In this document: piece by piece, positions 42,021 to 42,090 of the stretch
Layout of the letters: every line of letters begins with the position of its first letter
Position numbering within the stretch: position 1 is the first letter of the stretch
IMG/VR virus record: IMGVR_UViG_3300049437_000032
Location: 1-42,090 of that record
DNA: 42,090 nucleotides
DNA from: a virus
Lineage: Duplodnaviria > Caudoviricetes
Direction: 5' to 3' (one strand)
Made by a program: the position numbers and the translations under genes
Notes under the pieces: generated by a model
What the model saw: only the letters and a program-made list of their open reading frames with translations
Databases searched by the model: none
What the model was told of the DNA's origin: nothing

Positions 42021-42090
42021 CTACGCGGTGGGTATCGTTCCGCCATCGATGACGTACTCCGCGCCGGTGATCGAAGCGGCCCGCGGCGAC
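42021..42090 (-). CDS. 3' end of host SDR-family oxidoreductase (partial)
   Basis: SPRAASITGAEYVIDGGTIPTA-stop, a typical SDR C-terminal ITG...IDGG motif. Confidence 0.75.
   Translation of the reverse strand, partial: SPRAASITGAEYVIDGGTIPTA

Overview
The window holds an apparently complete ~41.9 kb temperate prophage integrated in a host elongator tRNA-Met gene (51-127). A 46-bp att core is duplicated at 82-127 and 41964-42009. The left arm (minus strand) is one long, mostly translationally coupled early operon: DUF6874-like gene, Bet/RecT plus exonuclease, small zinc-finger ORFs, C5 DNA methyltransferase, xis and int. It is followed by a lambdoid cI/cro switch, a replication initiator, terminase, a BPP-1/T7-like podovirus virion module and a lysis cassette. 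The standout feature is a diversity-generating retroelement (DGR) inside the early operon. It comprises avd, a reverse transcriptase whose own reading frame contains the 105-bp template repeat (TR, 4891-4995), and three variable repeats (5520-5624, 6107-6211, 10954-11058). These differ from the TR almost only at TR adenines (12/12, 11/11 and 13/14 mismatches). The three targets are small DUF1566/C-type-lectin-like early proteins with no signal peptide, not the tail fibre, and one lies 6 kb away beyond the recombination genes. Other notable points: the integrase C-terminus is rewritten by integration, a late-promoter-like motif occurs three times, the capsid gene has a structured leader, and an HNH gene is frameshifted. 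All family assignments come from motif recognition by eye; no database search was run.
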